A stretch of DNA of 63,861 nt, counting the filler, from Pseudobdellovibrionaceae bacterium (lineage in GTDB: Bacteria; Bdellovibrionota; Bdellovibrionia; Bdellovibrionales; UBA1609): the NCBI GenBank assembly GCA_030591685.1. It is 4 parts of 4 records of this genome, joined end to end, with 100 filler letters (N's around TTAATTAATTAA, not from the genome) between each part and the next. Parts side by side here need not be neighbours in the genome. Positions count along the whole stretch, not along the records: positions 48,759 to 63,861 come from JAUVAX010000052.1; 3 more parts are not named here. The stretch is one strand, 5' to 3'. Both the position numbers and the translations under genes were made by a program. Positions 49,814 through 60,354 of the stretch are shown piece by piece. How positions within the stretch are numbered: position 1 is the stretch's first letter; each line of letters begins with the position of its first letter. The notes under the pieces were generated by a model that saw only the letters and a list, made by a program, of their open reading frames with translations, was not told the DNA's origin and did no database searches.

Positions 49814-50548
49814 TTAAGACTCCTTAAAAAAGTTTCTTTTAGCTATATTTAAAAAGTCACTCGTAAAATTACTTAAGGCGAGTTCTTGTTTAGAGAGTTT
49901 AGAGATATAATAATTATAACCAACCGAAGCCGGTATGGCGGCAAATAAACCCACAGCCGTTGCAATGAGAGCCTCTGAAATACCAGGGGCAACAACCGCT
50001 AAGCTGGCAGAGCCTGTTTCGGCAATTTTTTGAAAGGCACTCATAATACCAACAACAGTCCCGAAAAGTCCAATAAATGGGCCCGACGAACCGGTGGTGG
50101 CTAAAAAACTAAGTCGCTTTTCCATAAGGGCCAGCTCCGAGTCGGTGGCCTGTTTCAGAGCGCGCTCTAGGTTATCTATTCCGGTTAAAAGAGGTGTTGC
50201 AGAGTCCTTACTTGTGCTGGCAAGGTTTGAGTCGGCAATTTTTCTAAGCTCAAGATAGCCGGCGCGAAAGACATGAGCCAGCGGGCAAGATTTGTAACTA
50301 TCTATTTGAGCATAGACGTCATCAAGAGAGTTGGCCTTCCAAAAATCATTTAAAAAGGTTTCGTTATCCTCTTTAAAGCTTTCGAGCTGATTTTTTTTAG
50401 AAATTATGATGGCCCATGTGCCGATAGTCATAATGGCGAGGATTAATAATGAAAGCTGGACGATGATATTTGCAGAAGCAATGGCATGCCAGGCTCCTGT
50501 TTTTATCTGAATGGTTTCGGCGGCGTGTGCAAGTTCTATCATGTACAT
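49814..50548 (-). CDS. tolQ: TolQ protein
   Basis: LATTGSSGPFIGLFGTV.GIM and VAPGISEAL.ATA.GL..AIPA motifs. Confidence 0.92.
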   Translation of the reverse strand: MYMIELAHAAETIQIKTGAWHAIASANIIVQLSLLILAIMTIGTWAIIISKKNQLESFKEDNETFLNDFWKANSLDDVYAQIDSYKSCPLAHVFRAGYLELRKIADSNLASTSKDSATPLLTGIDNLERALKQATDSELALMEKRLSFLATTGSSGPFIGLFGTVVGIMSAFQKIAETGSASLAVVAPGISEALIATAVGLFAAIPASVGYNYYISKLSKQELALSNFTSDFLNIAKRNFFKES

Positions 50549-50605
50549 AATGATAGTTTAAAAACTCCTTATAAGAAAGGCCATTAATGCTGCGAGCTAA
50601 AAATA

Positions 50606-51439
50606 TTACCGCTCAAGAGATCCAGAAAGTATATCCGCGAGGCCCTCTGGTGGTGAGGTTGATAAGTCTTTATCAAGGATGATTTTAAGGTTTCGCCTTT
50701 TTAACTCTTGAAGGACGTTTTTAGAAAAAAGAAATTTAGTAAAAAAGTGAGAGGGGCTGATAACTATATCGCCCTTTATTGGCGTCAAGGGCTCTATATA
50801 TAGTGAGGAGAAAAAGAGCATTTTTACAAGCGAGTGTTTGTTTATACTAAAAGTAGCTCGGGGGAGTTCTTTTCGTAAATAGCTAAGTGTTTCTGTGTAG
50901 GGGCTGTGTAAAATAATTTGCTCTACGAGTTGGTGCTTAATTAAAAGCTCCTTTAGGCCGTGCATTTTTGCAGGGTCTTGCTCAATCATGTTAATAATAA
51001 AGGGTTTGTTGCCGAAGCGTTTAATATACTCACTTAAGCTCATAAGTGAGGCGGCCCTCTGGGACTTATTCTTGTATGAAGCGTTGAGTTTTTTTAACTG
51101 CTCAAGGGTGTGTGAAAATATAAGACCTTTACCGTCGGTTTGCTGCTCAAGGAGCTTTGGTTCGAATAAAATAAAATGCCCATCTTTAGTTCTTTGAACA
51201 TGGACCATATTAAGCCCTCCCTCATCAAGGGCAGATTTAAAGGCTAGAGCTGAGTTACTCGGGTAAAGAGACGAGCGCCCCCCTTTAAAAAATGCCAGAG
51301 GTGCACGCTTTAAGAAATCGGGCTCTAGAGGGCGGTGGTTTTGTGAAAGCCCTATGTGTCGCAATAATAATAGTGTGGCGGACATGACCGATATGGCGCT
51401 CAATGTTATAAATATGATTCTAATCACTGGATTCATCAA
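50606..51439 (-). CDS. Glycerophosphodiester phosphodiesterase-like protein with a degenerate active site
   Basis: P.N...AF, VQRTKDG and TLEQLKKLNA..L.E fold motifs; the HRG motif is absent. Confidence 0.7.
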   Translation of the reverse strand: MMNPVIRIIFITLSAISVMSATLLLLRHIGLSQNHRPLEPDFLKRAPLAFFKGGRSSLYPSNSALAFKSALDEGGLNMVHVQRTKDGHFILFEPKLLEQQTDGKGLIFSHTLEQLKKLNASYKNKSQRAASLMSLSEYIKRFGNKPFIINMIEQDPAKMHGLKELLIKHQLVEQIILHSPYTETLSYLRKELPRATFSINKHSLVKMLFFSSLYIEPLTPIKGDIVISPSHFFTKFLFSKNVLQELKRRNLKIILDKDLSTSPPEGLADILSGSLER

Positions 51440-51502
51440 AACACATAACCCCTTTAAAGAACTAAGTTTTTATAAAACATATCTAGGACTGATAATTAAA
51501 AA

Positions 51503-51527
51503 AAATAGGTTAAAAAATAACCTATTT
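51503..51527. promoter_or_regulatory. Perfect 25-bp inverted repeat between the divergent GDPD-tolQRA and Rrf2-suf operons
   Basis: aaataggtta-aaaaa-taacctattt. Confidence 0.55.
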
Positions 51528-51618
51528 AATGTTCCTAGGCATTGTTTTCAGTTGGTTTTCGATATATATATGGGCTTATAAATTAAGCTCATTTTTCATT
51601 CGAACCATAGGTTTAGAT

Positions 51619-52092
51619 ATGACAAAGATCAATCGAAAAGTTGAATATGCCCTTATGGCTTTAAAATTTATGTTAGAAAGGGTCCCCGGCGAGCTCTCGT
51701 CAGTTAAACAGATTTGTGAATCTACGGGTGCGTCTTATGATGCCGCCGCAAGGGTCATGCAAATCATGACAAATAAAGGGCTTTTAAAGTCCGTTCAAGG
51801 CGCTCACGGCGGCTATCAAATTATTACCGACCTTAAAAAGGTCAGCTTTTATGATTTAACTAAAATGATAGAGGGCCCTCTGGCCGTTGTCCGGTGTGTT
51901 GGCTCAGATGAGCCCTGTGAAATAGCGAATTCTTGTAATATTCAGTCTCCGTTAACATTATTTAACAGTAAACTTGTGGAGTTTTATAAAAAACTCTCTT
52001 TAATAGAAATACTAAGCCCCGTACCCACTTCACAAAAAATATTTGACGAAAAAAACATAGACTTGAAGAGCATGGCCGAGGTTTGGTCATGA
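51619..52092 (+). CDS. Rrf2 family (IscR-like) regulator of the suf operon
   Basis: EYAL.AL, S..GA.GGY and IEGP motifs; three Cys (C-X6-C-X5-C). The ATG at 51619 is preferred. Confidence 0.88.
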   Translation: MTKINRKVEYALMALKFMLERVPGELSSVKQICESTGASYDAAARVMQIMTNKGLLKSVQGAHGGYQIITDLKKVSFYDLTKMIEGPLAVVRCVGSDEPCEIANSCNIQSPLTLFNSKLVEFYKKLSLIEILSPVPTSQKIFDEKNIDLKSMAEVWS

Positions 52093-53528
52093 AAATTTTG
52101 CCACACTTAGAGGACGCTAAAGAGTACAAATACGGATTCACCACAGACATAGATGTGGAAACCCTCTCAAAGGGCCTTAATGAGGACACCATTAGAGTTA
52201 TTTCTGGTAAAAAATCAGAGCCAGAGTGGATGTTAAAATCCAGGCTTAAGGCCTTTGAGTACTGGAAAACCCTTAAGGAGCCCGAGTGGGGACACCTAAA
52301 GTATTCAAAAATAGATTTTCAAGAGATCAGTTATTATTCGGCTCCTAAAAAGGCGACAGACGGCCCCAAGAGCTTGGAAGAAATGGACCCAGAGCTCATT
52401 AAAACTTTTGAAAAATTAGGGATCCCGGTGCAAGAGCAAAAGCGGATCTCTGGGGTGGCCATGGATATGGTTTTTGACTCAGTATCTGTAGGGACAACCC
52501 ATAAAGAAATTTTAGACGAGGCCGGGGTTATTTTTTGCCCCATTTCAGAGGCCATAATTGAACACCCGGAGCTTATTAAGAAATACTTTGGCTCTGTTGT
52601 GCCTTACAAAGATAATTTTTACGCCGCTTTAAATGCAGCCGTTTTTACAGACGGTTCTTTTTGTTACATACCTAAAGGGGTCAAGTGCCCCATGGATCTG
52701 TCCACATACTTTCGTATCAATGCCGAAGAGACCGGTCAATTTGAAAGAACTCTGATTGTTGCCGATGAGGGGAGTTACGTTAATTACCTAGAGGGCTGCA
52801 CAGCCCCCATGCGGGATGAAAACCAACTTCACGCTGCCGTTGTTGAGCTCGTCGTATTAAAAGATGCAGAGGTGCGATATTCGACAGTACAAAACTGGTA
52901 CCCCGGGGATAAAGAGGGCAAAGGTGGTATTTATAACTTTGTCACCAAAAGGGGCAAGTGCCTTGGTGAGAACTCTAAAATTTCATGGACTCAAGTTGAG
53001 GCCGGATCAGCTGTGACCTGGAAGTACCCAAGCTGTATTTTACTAGGTGACAACTCTCAAGGGGCGTTTTACTCGGTGGCACTCACTCATGATTATATGC
53101 AGGCCGACACTGGTACAAAAATGATTCATGTGGGTAAAAATACAAAGTCGACCATTATATCTAAAGGTATTTCAGCAGAAAAGTCAGAGAATTCATACAG
53201 AGGTTTAGTTAAAATTTTACCCTCAGCAAATGGGGCCAGAAACTACACACAATGTGACTCTATGCTCGTGGGCGATCAGTGTAAGGCCAACACCTTTCCT
53301 TACATTGAAGTTAAAAATAAATCAGCCCATGTAGAGCATGAAGCCTCCACATCAAGAATAAGCGCTGACCAGCTGTTTTATCTTCAGTCGAGAGGGCTCA
53401 GCATGGAGGAGGCCATTGGGCTCCTGGTAAATGGATTTTGCAAAGAAGTATTTAAACACTTGCCTCTTGAGTTTTCAGTCGAGGCTGTAAAGCTCATTGA
53501 AATGAAACTAGAAAATAGCATCGGATAA
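52089..53528 (+). CDS. sufB: Fe-S cluster assembly protein SufB
   Basis: [27 protein letters not shown] and TWKYPS motifs. Confidence 0.97.
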   Translation: MKILPHLEDAKEYKYGFTTDIDVETLSKGLNEDTIRVISGKKSEPEWMLKSRLKAFEYWKTLKEPEWGHLKYSKIDFQEISYYSAPKKATDGPKSLEEMDPELIKTFEKLGIPVQEQKRISGVAMDMVFDSVSVGTTHKEILDEAGVIFCPISEAIIEHPELIKKYFGSVVPYKDNFYAALNAAVFTDGSFCYIPKGVKCPMDLSTYFRINAEETGQFERTLIVADEGSYVNYLEGCTAPMRDENQLHAAVVELVVLKDAEVRYSTVQNWYPGDKEGKGGIYNFVTKRGKCLGENSKISWTQVEAGSAVTWKYPSCILLGDNSQGAFYSVALTHDYMQADTGTKMIHVGKNTKSTIISKGISAEKSENSYRGLVKILPSANGARNYTQCDSMLVGDQCKANTFPYIEVKNKSAHVEHEASTSRISADQLFYLQSRGLSMEEAIGLLVNGFCKEVFKHLPLEFSVEAVKLIEMKLENSIG

Positions 53529-53541
53529 GGAGTATTAATTC

Positions 53542-54297
53542 GTGTTAACGATAACTGACCTACATGTCTCTATAGGTGAAAACAAAATATTAAAAGGTAT
53601 TAACCTGCAAATTAACCCCGGAGAGGTCCACGCAATTATGGGCCCCAACGGGTCAGGTAAAAGTACTTTATCTAAAGTCATAGCAGGACACCCTGATTAT
53701 AAAGTTACATCTGGATCAATAGATTACGAAATTAACTTTAAGCCAACAAACCTGTTAGAGCTTTCACCTGACGAAAGGGCTAAAGAGGGTTTGTTTATGG
53801 CCTATCAGTACCCTATTGAAGTGCCTGGGGTCAGTAATATGGTTTTTTTAAAGACAGCTTTTAACGCAATAAATAAGCACCATGGGGCGAAAGAGCTAAC
53901 AGATAATGAGTTTGAAGCCTATGTCATAGAAAAGGCAAAAATAGTCGATATGAACCCTAGTTTTTTATACCGCTCTGTTAATGAGGGGTTCTCAGGTGGT
54001 GAAAAAAAGAGAAATGAAATTTTACAAATGGCAGTGCTTGGCCCCAGAGTTTCTTTTTTAGATGAAACCGACTCTGGGTTAGACATAGATGCATTAAGAA
54101 TTGTTTCAAAAGGGGTAAACTCCTTAAGATCAAAGCACAATGCCATCATACTCGTAACTCATTACCAAAGGTTGCTCGATTATATAGAGCCAGATTTTGT
54201 TCACGTACTGTCTGATGGTCAAATAATTGAAACTGGTGATAAGTCATTGGCTTTAAAGTTAGAAAAACAAGGTTACGATTGGTTAATTAAAAGTTAA
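53542..54297 (+). CDS. sufC: Fe-S cluster assembly ATPase SufC
   Basis: [28 protein letters not shown] and THYQRLL motifs. Confidence 0.97.
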   Translation: MLTITDLHVSIGENKILKGINLQINPGEVHAIMGPNGSGKSTLSKVIAGHPDYKVTSGSIDYEINFKPTNLLELSPDERAKEGLFMAYQYPIEVPGVSNMVFLKTAFNAINKHHGAKELTDNEFEAYVIEKAKIVDMNPSFLYRSVNEGFSGGEKKRNEILQMAVLGPRVSFLDETDSGLDIDALRIVSKGVNSLRSKHNAIILVTHYQRLLDYIEPDFVHVLSDGQIIETGDKSLALKLEKQGYDWLIKS

Positions 54298-54312
54298 TTG
54301 AGGCGATTAAGT

Positions 54313-55641
54313 ATGAATTTAAATTTAAATCAACAAACCAGGTCTTTAAAGGCTCAATTTGACCAAGTGCTTACTGGTTTTGAAGGTAGGCCTGGGCCCG
54401 TTTTAGAATTAAAAAAGAAGGCCTGGGAGGATTTTTCAAACTCATCATGGCCGACTAAAAATAAAGAGGCCTGGAAATATACAAATATAAAACCCTTATT
54501 AAAGCATACATATGATTTTGACCCTAAAGCTCCTAATAAATCAGAGGTCAACTTAGTTAGAGAAAAGCTCAAAGATATAAACATTAAAAACGCCTTAAAA
54601 ATTGTTTTAATTAATGGAAAGTTCAATGAAGAGCTGTCAGACCTCACTCAAGCTCAAAACTATTTTGTCATTGATGCCTCAAATGGTACAGGCCCCAATG
54701 ACAACAGGGCCTTTGAACCGGCAAGTGAGGTGCTTAATGAGGACCAAAACTGTTTTGAGCTGATGAATCTCGCTTTTTTTACTCAAAGTTTAAGTATTTC
54801 AACAAAAAAAAATAATGAAGTTGAAAAGCCTCTTGTGATCGTTAATGTCTCAACGGGCGGCGAGGCCCCTTTGGGGAGCTTTGTGAACATCAGTTTAACC
54901 TGTGCCCCTGGATCTAAACTAACGCTCGCTCACATTTTTATGTCCATAGGCGAGGGGGTTTCGTTTAATAATGTTGTGTCTAATTTTTATTTAAACGAAA
55001 ACTCTAGCTTAAATTATTTAAAATTTCAAAATGAGGGGCAAAACTCCTTTCATGTGTCCACAGAAAATGTGCATGTAAAGGCGAAGGCTGTTTATGAGGG
55101 TTTAAATGTTGATTTAGGCGGATCACTTGTTAGAAACGAATTAAATGTAAACCTTTTAGGTCCTCAAGCTCATGCTCAGCTAGGGGGGCTATACTTGGCG
55201 AGTAATACGCAGCACATAGATAATCATACACTTATACATCATAATTCGGGTCAGACCACTTCAGCACAGTTGTATAAGGGAGTGTTAACGGACAGCAGCC
55301 ATTCAGTTTTTAATGGTAAAGTCAAAATATCTGAAGGGTCTCAACAGGTGAACTCCTCACAGTATAATAAAAATTTATTGCTCAGTTCAAAAGCTGAGAT
55401 CGACTCTAAGCCAGAGCTCGAAGTGAGCGCTGACGATGTCAGTGCCGCTCACGGCAGTGCCATTGGCGCACTGGATGAAGAGCAAATTTTTTACCTAGAG
55501 ACCCGGGGGATTAATCGCGAGCAGGCCATAAAAATATTATTGCGTGGGTACGTAGATGAGGTGGTCTTCGACTTCTCCCCGCAGACACTTAAAAGTTTTA
55601 TTTCACACCAGTTAACTCAAACACTCACCGAGCAATTTTAA
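54313..55641 (+). CDS. sufD: Fe-S cluster assembly protein SufD
   Basis: E.WKYT, VFNGK and KPELEV.ADDV.A.HG motifs. Confidence 0.93.
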   Translation: MNLNLNQQTRSLKAQFDQVLTGFEGRPGPVLELKKKAWEDFSNSSWPTKNKEAWKYTNIKPLLKHTYDFDPKAPNKSEVNLVREKLKDINIKNALKIVLINGKFNEELSDLTQAQNYFVIDASNGTGPNDNRAFEPASEVLNEDQNCFELMNLAFFTQSLSISTKKNNEVEKPLVIVNVSTGGEAPLGSFVNISLTCAPGSKLTLAHIFMSIGEGVSFNNVVSNFYLNENSSLNYLKFQNEGQNSFHVSTENVHVKAKAVYEGLNVDLGGSLVRNELNVNLLGPQAHAQLGGLYLASNTQHIDNHTLIHHNSGQTTSAQLYKGVLTDSSHSVFNGKVKISEGSQQVNSSQYNKNLLLSSKAEIDSKPELEVSADDVSAAHGSAIGALDEEQIFYLETRGINREQAIKILLRGYVDEVVFDFSPQTLKSFISHQLTQTLTEQF

Positions 55642-55653
55642 GAGAGTTTAATT

Positions 55654-56874
55654 ATGAACATTAATGTTAAAAATATAAAACAAGACTTTCCGGCACTTAA
55701 AACAAAAATAAATAATTTGCCGCTTGTGTATTTAGACTCGGCAGCAACCACCCTAAAGGCCAAGCCTGTGATTGATAGATTAGGCGAGTTTTATTTGCTT
55801 GAGTGCGCTAACGTACACAGGGGGGCTCATTATTTAAGTGACAAAGCCACCCAGCAATTTGAAGAGGCTCGTTTAAAGATAAAAACCTTTATTAACGCCA
55901 AAAGTGAGAACGAAATTATATTTACAAGCGGAACGACGGACTCCATTAATTTGGTGGCCCACAGTTTTTGCGAAAAATATTTATCACCTGGTGATGAGAT
56001 TATAATCACTCAAATGGAGCATCATTCGAATATTATACCTTGGCAGGTGGCGGCTCAAAAATCAGGAGCTAGTATAAAGGTCATTGAAGTGACCGAGTCT
56101 GGTGAGTTGAGCCTAGAGTCGTATAAAAAACTACTTAGCTCTAAAACTAAATTAGTGGCTATCAATTATATTTCAAATGCACTGGGCACAGTGAACCCGG
56201 TAAAAAAAATTATAGACTTAGCTCACGAAGAGGGGGCAAAGGTTTTAGTGGATGCCGCTCAGGCCGTGAGCGTACTAGATATAGATGTACAAAAGCTAGA
56301 TTGTGATTTTTTAGCCTTTTCGGGCCATAAAATGTTTGGTCCTCACGGTATAGGTGTTCTTTACGGTAAAGAGGACCTTTTAAACAGTATGCCGCCTTAT
56401 AAAACAGGTGGCAGCATGATATCAACAGTCACCTTGCAAAATGCTGAATATTTAAACTCGCCCCAGCGTTTTGAAGCCGGCACCCCACACATCGCCGGAG
56501 CAGTTGGGTTGGCGGCGGCTGTAGATTATATCAATAGCATTGGGATTAACGAAATATACGAACACGAAAAATCTATATCTGACTGGGTAACTAATGAGCT
56601 CAAGCGAATTAATGGTCTCAGGGTCATTGGTGATAATGCTTCAAAAATTAATATTATCTCTTTTGATATTAAAGGTATTCATTCAGGGGACCTGGGTCAT
56701 TTGCTCGATCAACAGGGCTTTGCTATTCGTTCAGGGCATCATTGCTGCCAACCTTTAATGGATCGGTTTTCTTTGGCGGGGACAGCGAGGGTTTCAGTGT
56801 CTATATACAATACAAAAAGTGATCTTGAGAATTTTATGGTTGCCATTGAAAAATGTAAGGAGCTTTTATTATGA
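55654..56874 (+). CDS. sufS: Cysteine desulfurase SufS
   Basis: YLDSAAT, NVHRG, EHHSN, SGHKM and RSGHHC motifs. Confidence 0.96.
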   Translation: MNINVKNIKQDFPALKTKINNLPLVYLDSAATTLKAKPVIDRLGEFYLLECANVHRGAHYLSDKATQQFEEARLKIKTFINAKSENEIIFTSGTTDSINLVAHSFCEKYLSPGDEIIITQMEHHSNIIPWQVAAQKSGASIKVIEVTESGELSLESYKKLLSSKTKLVAINYISNALGTVNPVKKIIDLAHEEGAKVLVDAAQAVSVLDIDVQKLDCDFLAFSGHKMFGPHGIGVLYGKEDLLNSMPPYKTGGSMISTVTLQNAEYLNSPQRFEAGTPHIAGAVGLAAAVDYINSIGINEIYEHEKSISDWVTNELKRINGLRVIGDNASKINIISFDIKGIHSGDLGHLLDQQGFAIRSGHHCCQPLMDRFSLAGTARVSVSIYNTKSDLENFMVAIEKCKELLL

Positions 56875-57455
56875 ACACCGCTAGTGAGTCACTGCTCGTA
56901 CGCATGCAGCCGACACCAAACCCCTATGCTCTAAAATTTATAGTCAACAGTGACCTTAAAACTGAAGGCAAGGCCACTTTTTATCACCCAGCAGAGGCGT
57001 CGGAGCTACCCCTTATATTATCGTTATTCGATGTCCCTGGTGTATTGCAAGTGTATGTATATCAAAATACACTGACGATTACGCATACTGGAGAGCTAGA
57101 CTCAGATGAGCTTGAGCGCATGGTTGTGTGTATAATAAAATCTCGCATGCCCGTACATAACCCTAATTTTATGGATACTGATATTGATGAGGCCATTCGA
57201 CCAGCAAGAGATCGAAGCCAGCTCTCAAGCGAAGTGCTTGCCATTGAAGAGATATTAGATCGCACCATCCGCCCGGGCCTACAGGCCGACGGTGGGGATT
57301 TAGAAATTATAAGTTTCGAAGATAACGAGCTTAAAATTTTATATCAAGGGGCTTGTGGGGGTTGCCCAAGTGCACTTATGGGTACTTTAGATGCCATACA
57401 AAACATACTTCGTCATGAGTTAGAAAACCCAAGCCTAAAAGTAAGACCCATTTAA
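56871..57455 (+). CDS. Nfu/NifU-family Fe-S carrier (Nfu_N + NifU_C)
   Basis: TPNP..LKF N-domain; IRP.LQADGGD and GACGGCP motifs. Confidence 0.9.
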   Translation: MNTASESLLVRMQPTPNPYALKFIVNSDLKTEGKATFYHPAEASELPLILSLFDVPGVLQVYVYQNTLTITHTGELDSDELERMVVCIIKSRMPVHNPNFMDTDIDEAIRPARDRSQLSSEVLAIEEILDRTIRPGLQADGGDLEIISFEDNELKILYQGACGGCPSALMGTLDAIQNILRHELENPSLKVRPI

Positions 57456-57572
57456 TTTATACTGTAGACAAGTTTTTTTGATGAGTACGGAGGATATAAT
57501 ATTTTAAATATATATTTAATGACTCATATAGAACAACCCATTTACGTTTAACTATAAAGAGTTGTCTTTAGC

Positions 57573-58103
57573 TCAGAGGTGGCCATTCACATATTTTTTA
57601 TGTGAGGCCTTGATGTTAGCAATCTCTCGATTAATTTGGGTCTGTAAGGTCGTGTTGTATTGTGCTGTAGCACTGTAGTGCCCACGCCCTTTTGCTCGAA
57701 AGTGAATTCTAAGATTTTTTTCAACAGTGCTCACCAAGACAAGCTCTGAGGAATGGGGGTTATTTTTTGAAACCTCATTGACAAAATAATCAAGAGACCC
57801 TTTAAGAAGCTCAACTCCTTTAGGTAAGGCCCATGAAATATGAACATTTTTTAATTGCTTGTGTGTATTTACATGACCAGTGAGAGTAAACGGTTCTCCA
57901 GGGGTAGCGTTTTTAGTATCACTGGTAATGTGTACCTTTAGGGGGATTGAGATTTTATGAGTCGCCCTTAAGTATTTATGTTTCTTATGTGCGACTGGTG
58001 TGCGATTTTTATCGACATTAAAGTATGCACTAAAGCTTAAAAGCCCTGAGAGAGAAAGAAATAAGACGGTGAGTTTTATTTTTTTTATAGTGGTGCCGGA
58101 CAT
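57573..58103 (-). CDS. Hypothetical exported beta-sandwich protein
   Basis: Signal/TM segment; W.LP.GV.L..G motif; overlaps the upstream protease by 19 nt. Confidence 0.65.
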   Translation of the reverse strand: MSGTTIKKIKLTVLFLSLSGLLSFSAYFNVDKNRTPVAHKKHKYLRATHKISIPLKVHITSDTKNATPGEPFTLTGHVNTHKQLKNVHISWALPKGVELLKGSLDYFVNEVSKNNPHSSELVLVSTVEKNLRIHFRAKGRGHYSATAQYNTTLQTQINREIANIKASHKKYVNGHL

Positions 58104-59977
58104 GCCCTAACCCCTCCAATTAAAAGCTCGTAATTAGTCGGGCCGCCAATATTAGCGGCCTGGTTGTTTACCTTTACATTAATTAAATAATCCCCCGAGG
58201 GGAGCGACTTAGAAAAGGGTTCTGTTTCTTGTGTGCCAATAGATCCATCGGGAGCACTAATGCCTTCGCCAGAGGAAGTGTCGTTTTCAATGTCAGAGGT
58301 CACTCCAAATCGAGCTGACCCTGAATAGACAAATAAATTTAAATTGGCCTCTGTCCCACTTTGCGTGTCGTAATTTAAAGTGAGGTTAAGCGTCCCTCCA
58401 GAGTGCTTGTAGTGGTAAAAATCATTATTTAACACAAGGTGTGAGTCGTACCCCCAGCTCGGGGCAGTAGGGTCAAGAAAGAAACATTCGGAGTTTGGAA
58501 AAACAGAGTAAGCGCACTGAATATAGGACACCTCATCCTCATTAGATGTTGTAGATGGAGTGAGGGTAAACAGCCCTGTGCTGGGGTTAGCGCCAGTGCA
58601 TGTTCCGACATTAGGTACAATATGATTAGAGTATTCAGAGCGATCATTAATATGTTTTTCTGTGGTTCGAATCGTTGCCCAATCTGTGCTGCCGCCAAAA
58701 TTAGTCTGCGCATCGTGGAGGAGGCCAATGGACCTAAATGCGGCATTTGTATTTTTAAGCCCTGTGGACGCCGTCATTGAGGACCAAATTTCAGGAAAGC
58801 CATTAGTGATGGTTTCAGAGTCATTATTAGTGTCGATGGCGTCATAAAGCAAACGTGCAACAGAGAGCTCTCTAAAATTACCTTCATTAGTATTGGCCGG
58901 GATGTCGGCAACAAAGTCTACGGCGTAACTACCGGTATGCTTTTCTAAATTAAGCCGAATGTAGTCATCAGTGGACCCGCTGATGTTGCCTTGAGTGTCA
59001 ACGTACGAGTCTATGCCCTGTACTGCGGCTGGAAAAAAATTAGCAAACCCCTCGCTCCATGCGAGTCGTGGGTCTAAGGGGCCTGATAATGAATGGGCGC
59101 CACCGGGCGAATCAGACACAGAAAATTGATGCTCTAAAAAATGAGCGTACTCATGAAGTATTACAGAGTTGTCAAAGTGGTCAGTATCTGAGTTATCCGT
59201 GTCACCATTAGAGCCACCAATAATAAAAAGTCGATTGTTGGAGCTGGGCACAAAAAAGCTCCCCGCCGCGGCACCGTAGACGCTAGGGTCAAAACCCTTT
59301 TCCCAAAATATTTGCACCTGTGGCGCTACTGTAAAGTTAGTACAGTCCCCAAACCCACAGGTAGTGACTTGTGCTCTTAAATAGTCATTGGCAGTTAACA
59401 CTTGATCAAGAAGGTTGAAGGCCCCTCCAAGGATGTCGCCATCTGCAGCGGCTACTATAGTTGGCAGAGCTTTTGTTGCATCTGAAGTAAAAGTTGTAGA
59501 AAGAGAATAATGTGTATTTTCCTCAGGGCACTTTAAAATATAGGCTTTGTAGTTAGAATTATCGGCCCTTGAGTTTACACTGAGTGTATATGAGCCCCCA
59601 TCATTGGGCATTTGTAAGGAGTAGTTGCCGGCAGCGTCTGTCTCAGCACACTGTACAACAGTACCTGAAGAATTTTTAACCATCACCTCGGCAAAGCGGA
59701 TGGGTCTTGAAGCGCTAGGGGCAAGAAGGCCTTTTGTGGGGCCAGTGGTTGAAGAGTCAAAGGTGCGGGCCTTATATTGCGCTAGGCCAGTAATTATGAC
59801 AGGTGTCGTGTAGGTCGTTGTTGAGGAACAGTAGCTCTCAGTGGCGGGCCCACTATAAACAACGCTGACTCGGCTGGCACAACTGCTCACGGGATTCACG
59901 CTTGGGGAGTCACAAGAAACCAATCCCATGGATGAAAAAAGCAAAACAAAAGTCCAAATAATTTTAAACTTAACCAT
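58085..59977 (-). CDS. Lipoprotein zinc metalloprotease (HExxH...E, gluzincin-like)
   Basis: Lipobox LVSC; VILHEYAH...AWSEGFANF; PPC-like C-terminus (LNLFVY...GDYLINV). Confidence 0.75.
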   Translation of the reverse strand: MVKFKIIWTFVLLFSSMGLVSCDSPSVNPVSSCASRVSVVYSGPATESYCSSTTTYTTPVIITGLAQYKARTFDSSTTGPTKGLLAPSASRPIRFAEVMVKNSSGTVVQCAETDAAGNYSLQMPNDGGSYTLSVNSRADNSNYKAYILKCPEENTHYSLSTTFTSDATKALPTIVAAADGDILGGAFNLLDQVLTANDYLRAQVTTCGFGDCTNFTVAPQVQIFWEKGFDPSVYGAAAGSFFVPSSNNRLFIIGGSNGDTDNSDTDHFDNSVILHEYAHFLEHQFSVSDSPGGAHSLSGPLDPRLAWSEGFANFFPAAVQGIDSYVDTQGNISGSTDDYIRLNLEKHTGSYAVDFVADIPANTNEGNFRELSVARLLYDAIDTNNDSETITNGFPEIWSSMTASTGLKNTNAAFRSIGLLHDAQTNFGGSTDWATIRTTEKHINDRSEYSNHIVPNVGTCTGANPSTGLFTLTPSTTSNEDEVSYIQCAYSVFPNSECFFLDPTAPSWGYDSHLVLNNDFYHYKHSGGTLNLTLNYDTQSGTEANLNLFVYSGSARFGVTSDIENDTSSGEGISAPDGSIGTQETEPFSKSLPSGDYLINVKVNNQAANIGGPTNYELLIGGVRACPAPL

Positions 59978-59984
59978 ACATACT

Positions 59985-60011
59985 TTATCGGTCAGTTAGG
60001 ACTTTCATTGA
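59985..60011 (-). promoter_or_regulatory. Sigma28 (FliA)-type promoter, 7 nt upstream of the ATG
   Basis: Minus strand reads TCAA-N15-ACCGATAA-agtatgt-ATG. Confidence 0.6.
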
Positions 60012-60318
60012 GTCCTAAGACTTAAATAGAGGTAAAAAAAATACTAATAATTACAACTAGTTACTTTAATTTTTAAAGTTGATCGCTCTTGACACAGGAC
60101 CTTCGGCGGGGGCTTTATTGGTCTTAAGCTCCATGATGGTACAACAAAAAATCTCGGTGTCCTTTGCGCTCAAAAAATAGGAGAGCAAGGTAAGAATTGA
60201 ACAGCTTTACTTGGACTTATCTTATGGCTGGCACCAAAAAACTAAATAGTTAAGAGGCAAAAGAGGAGGGGTCTAGTCTGTCACAAGGTTAAAAGCCATT
60301 GAATAGTTAAAAGTTAGG

Positions 60319-60347
60319 TTGCCTTAAGGGTGGAATTTAGCCAGAAT
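60319..60347 (+). promoter_or_regulatory. Sigma70-type promoter for the ftsEX operon (probably leaderless)
   Basis: TTGCCT-N17-CAGAAT, 7 nt before the ATG at 60355. Confidence 0.45.
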
Positions 60348-60354
60348 ATGGACC

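Noticed and set aside
51529..51618. Long N-terminal extensions given by the ORF track (Rrf2 51529, radical SAM 7477, S8 31547, EnvC 62184)
   Set aside because: Downstream ATGs fit the family N-termini or signal peptides better and avoid overlaps.
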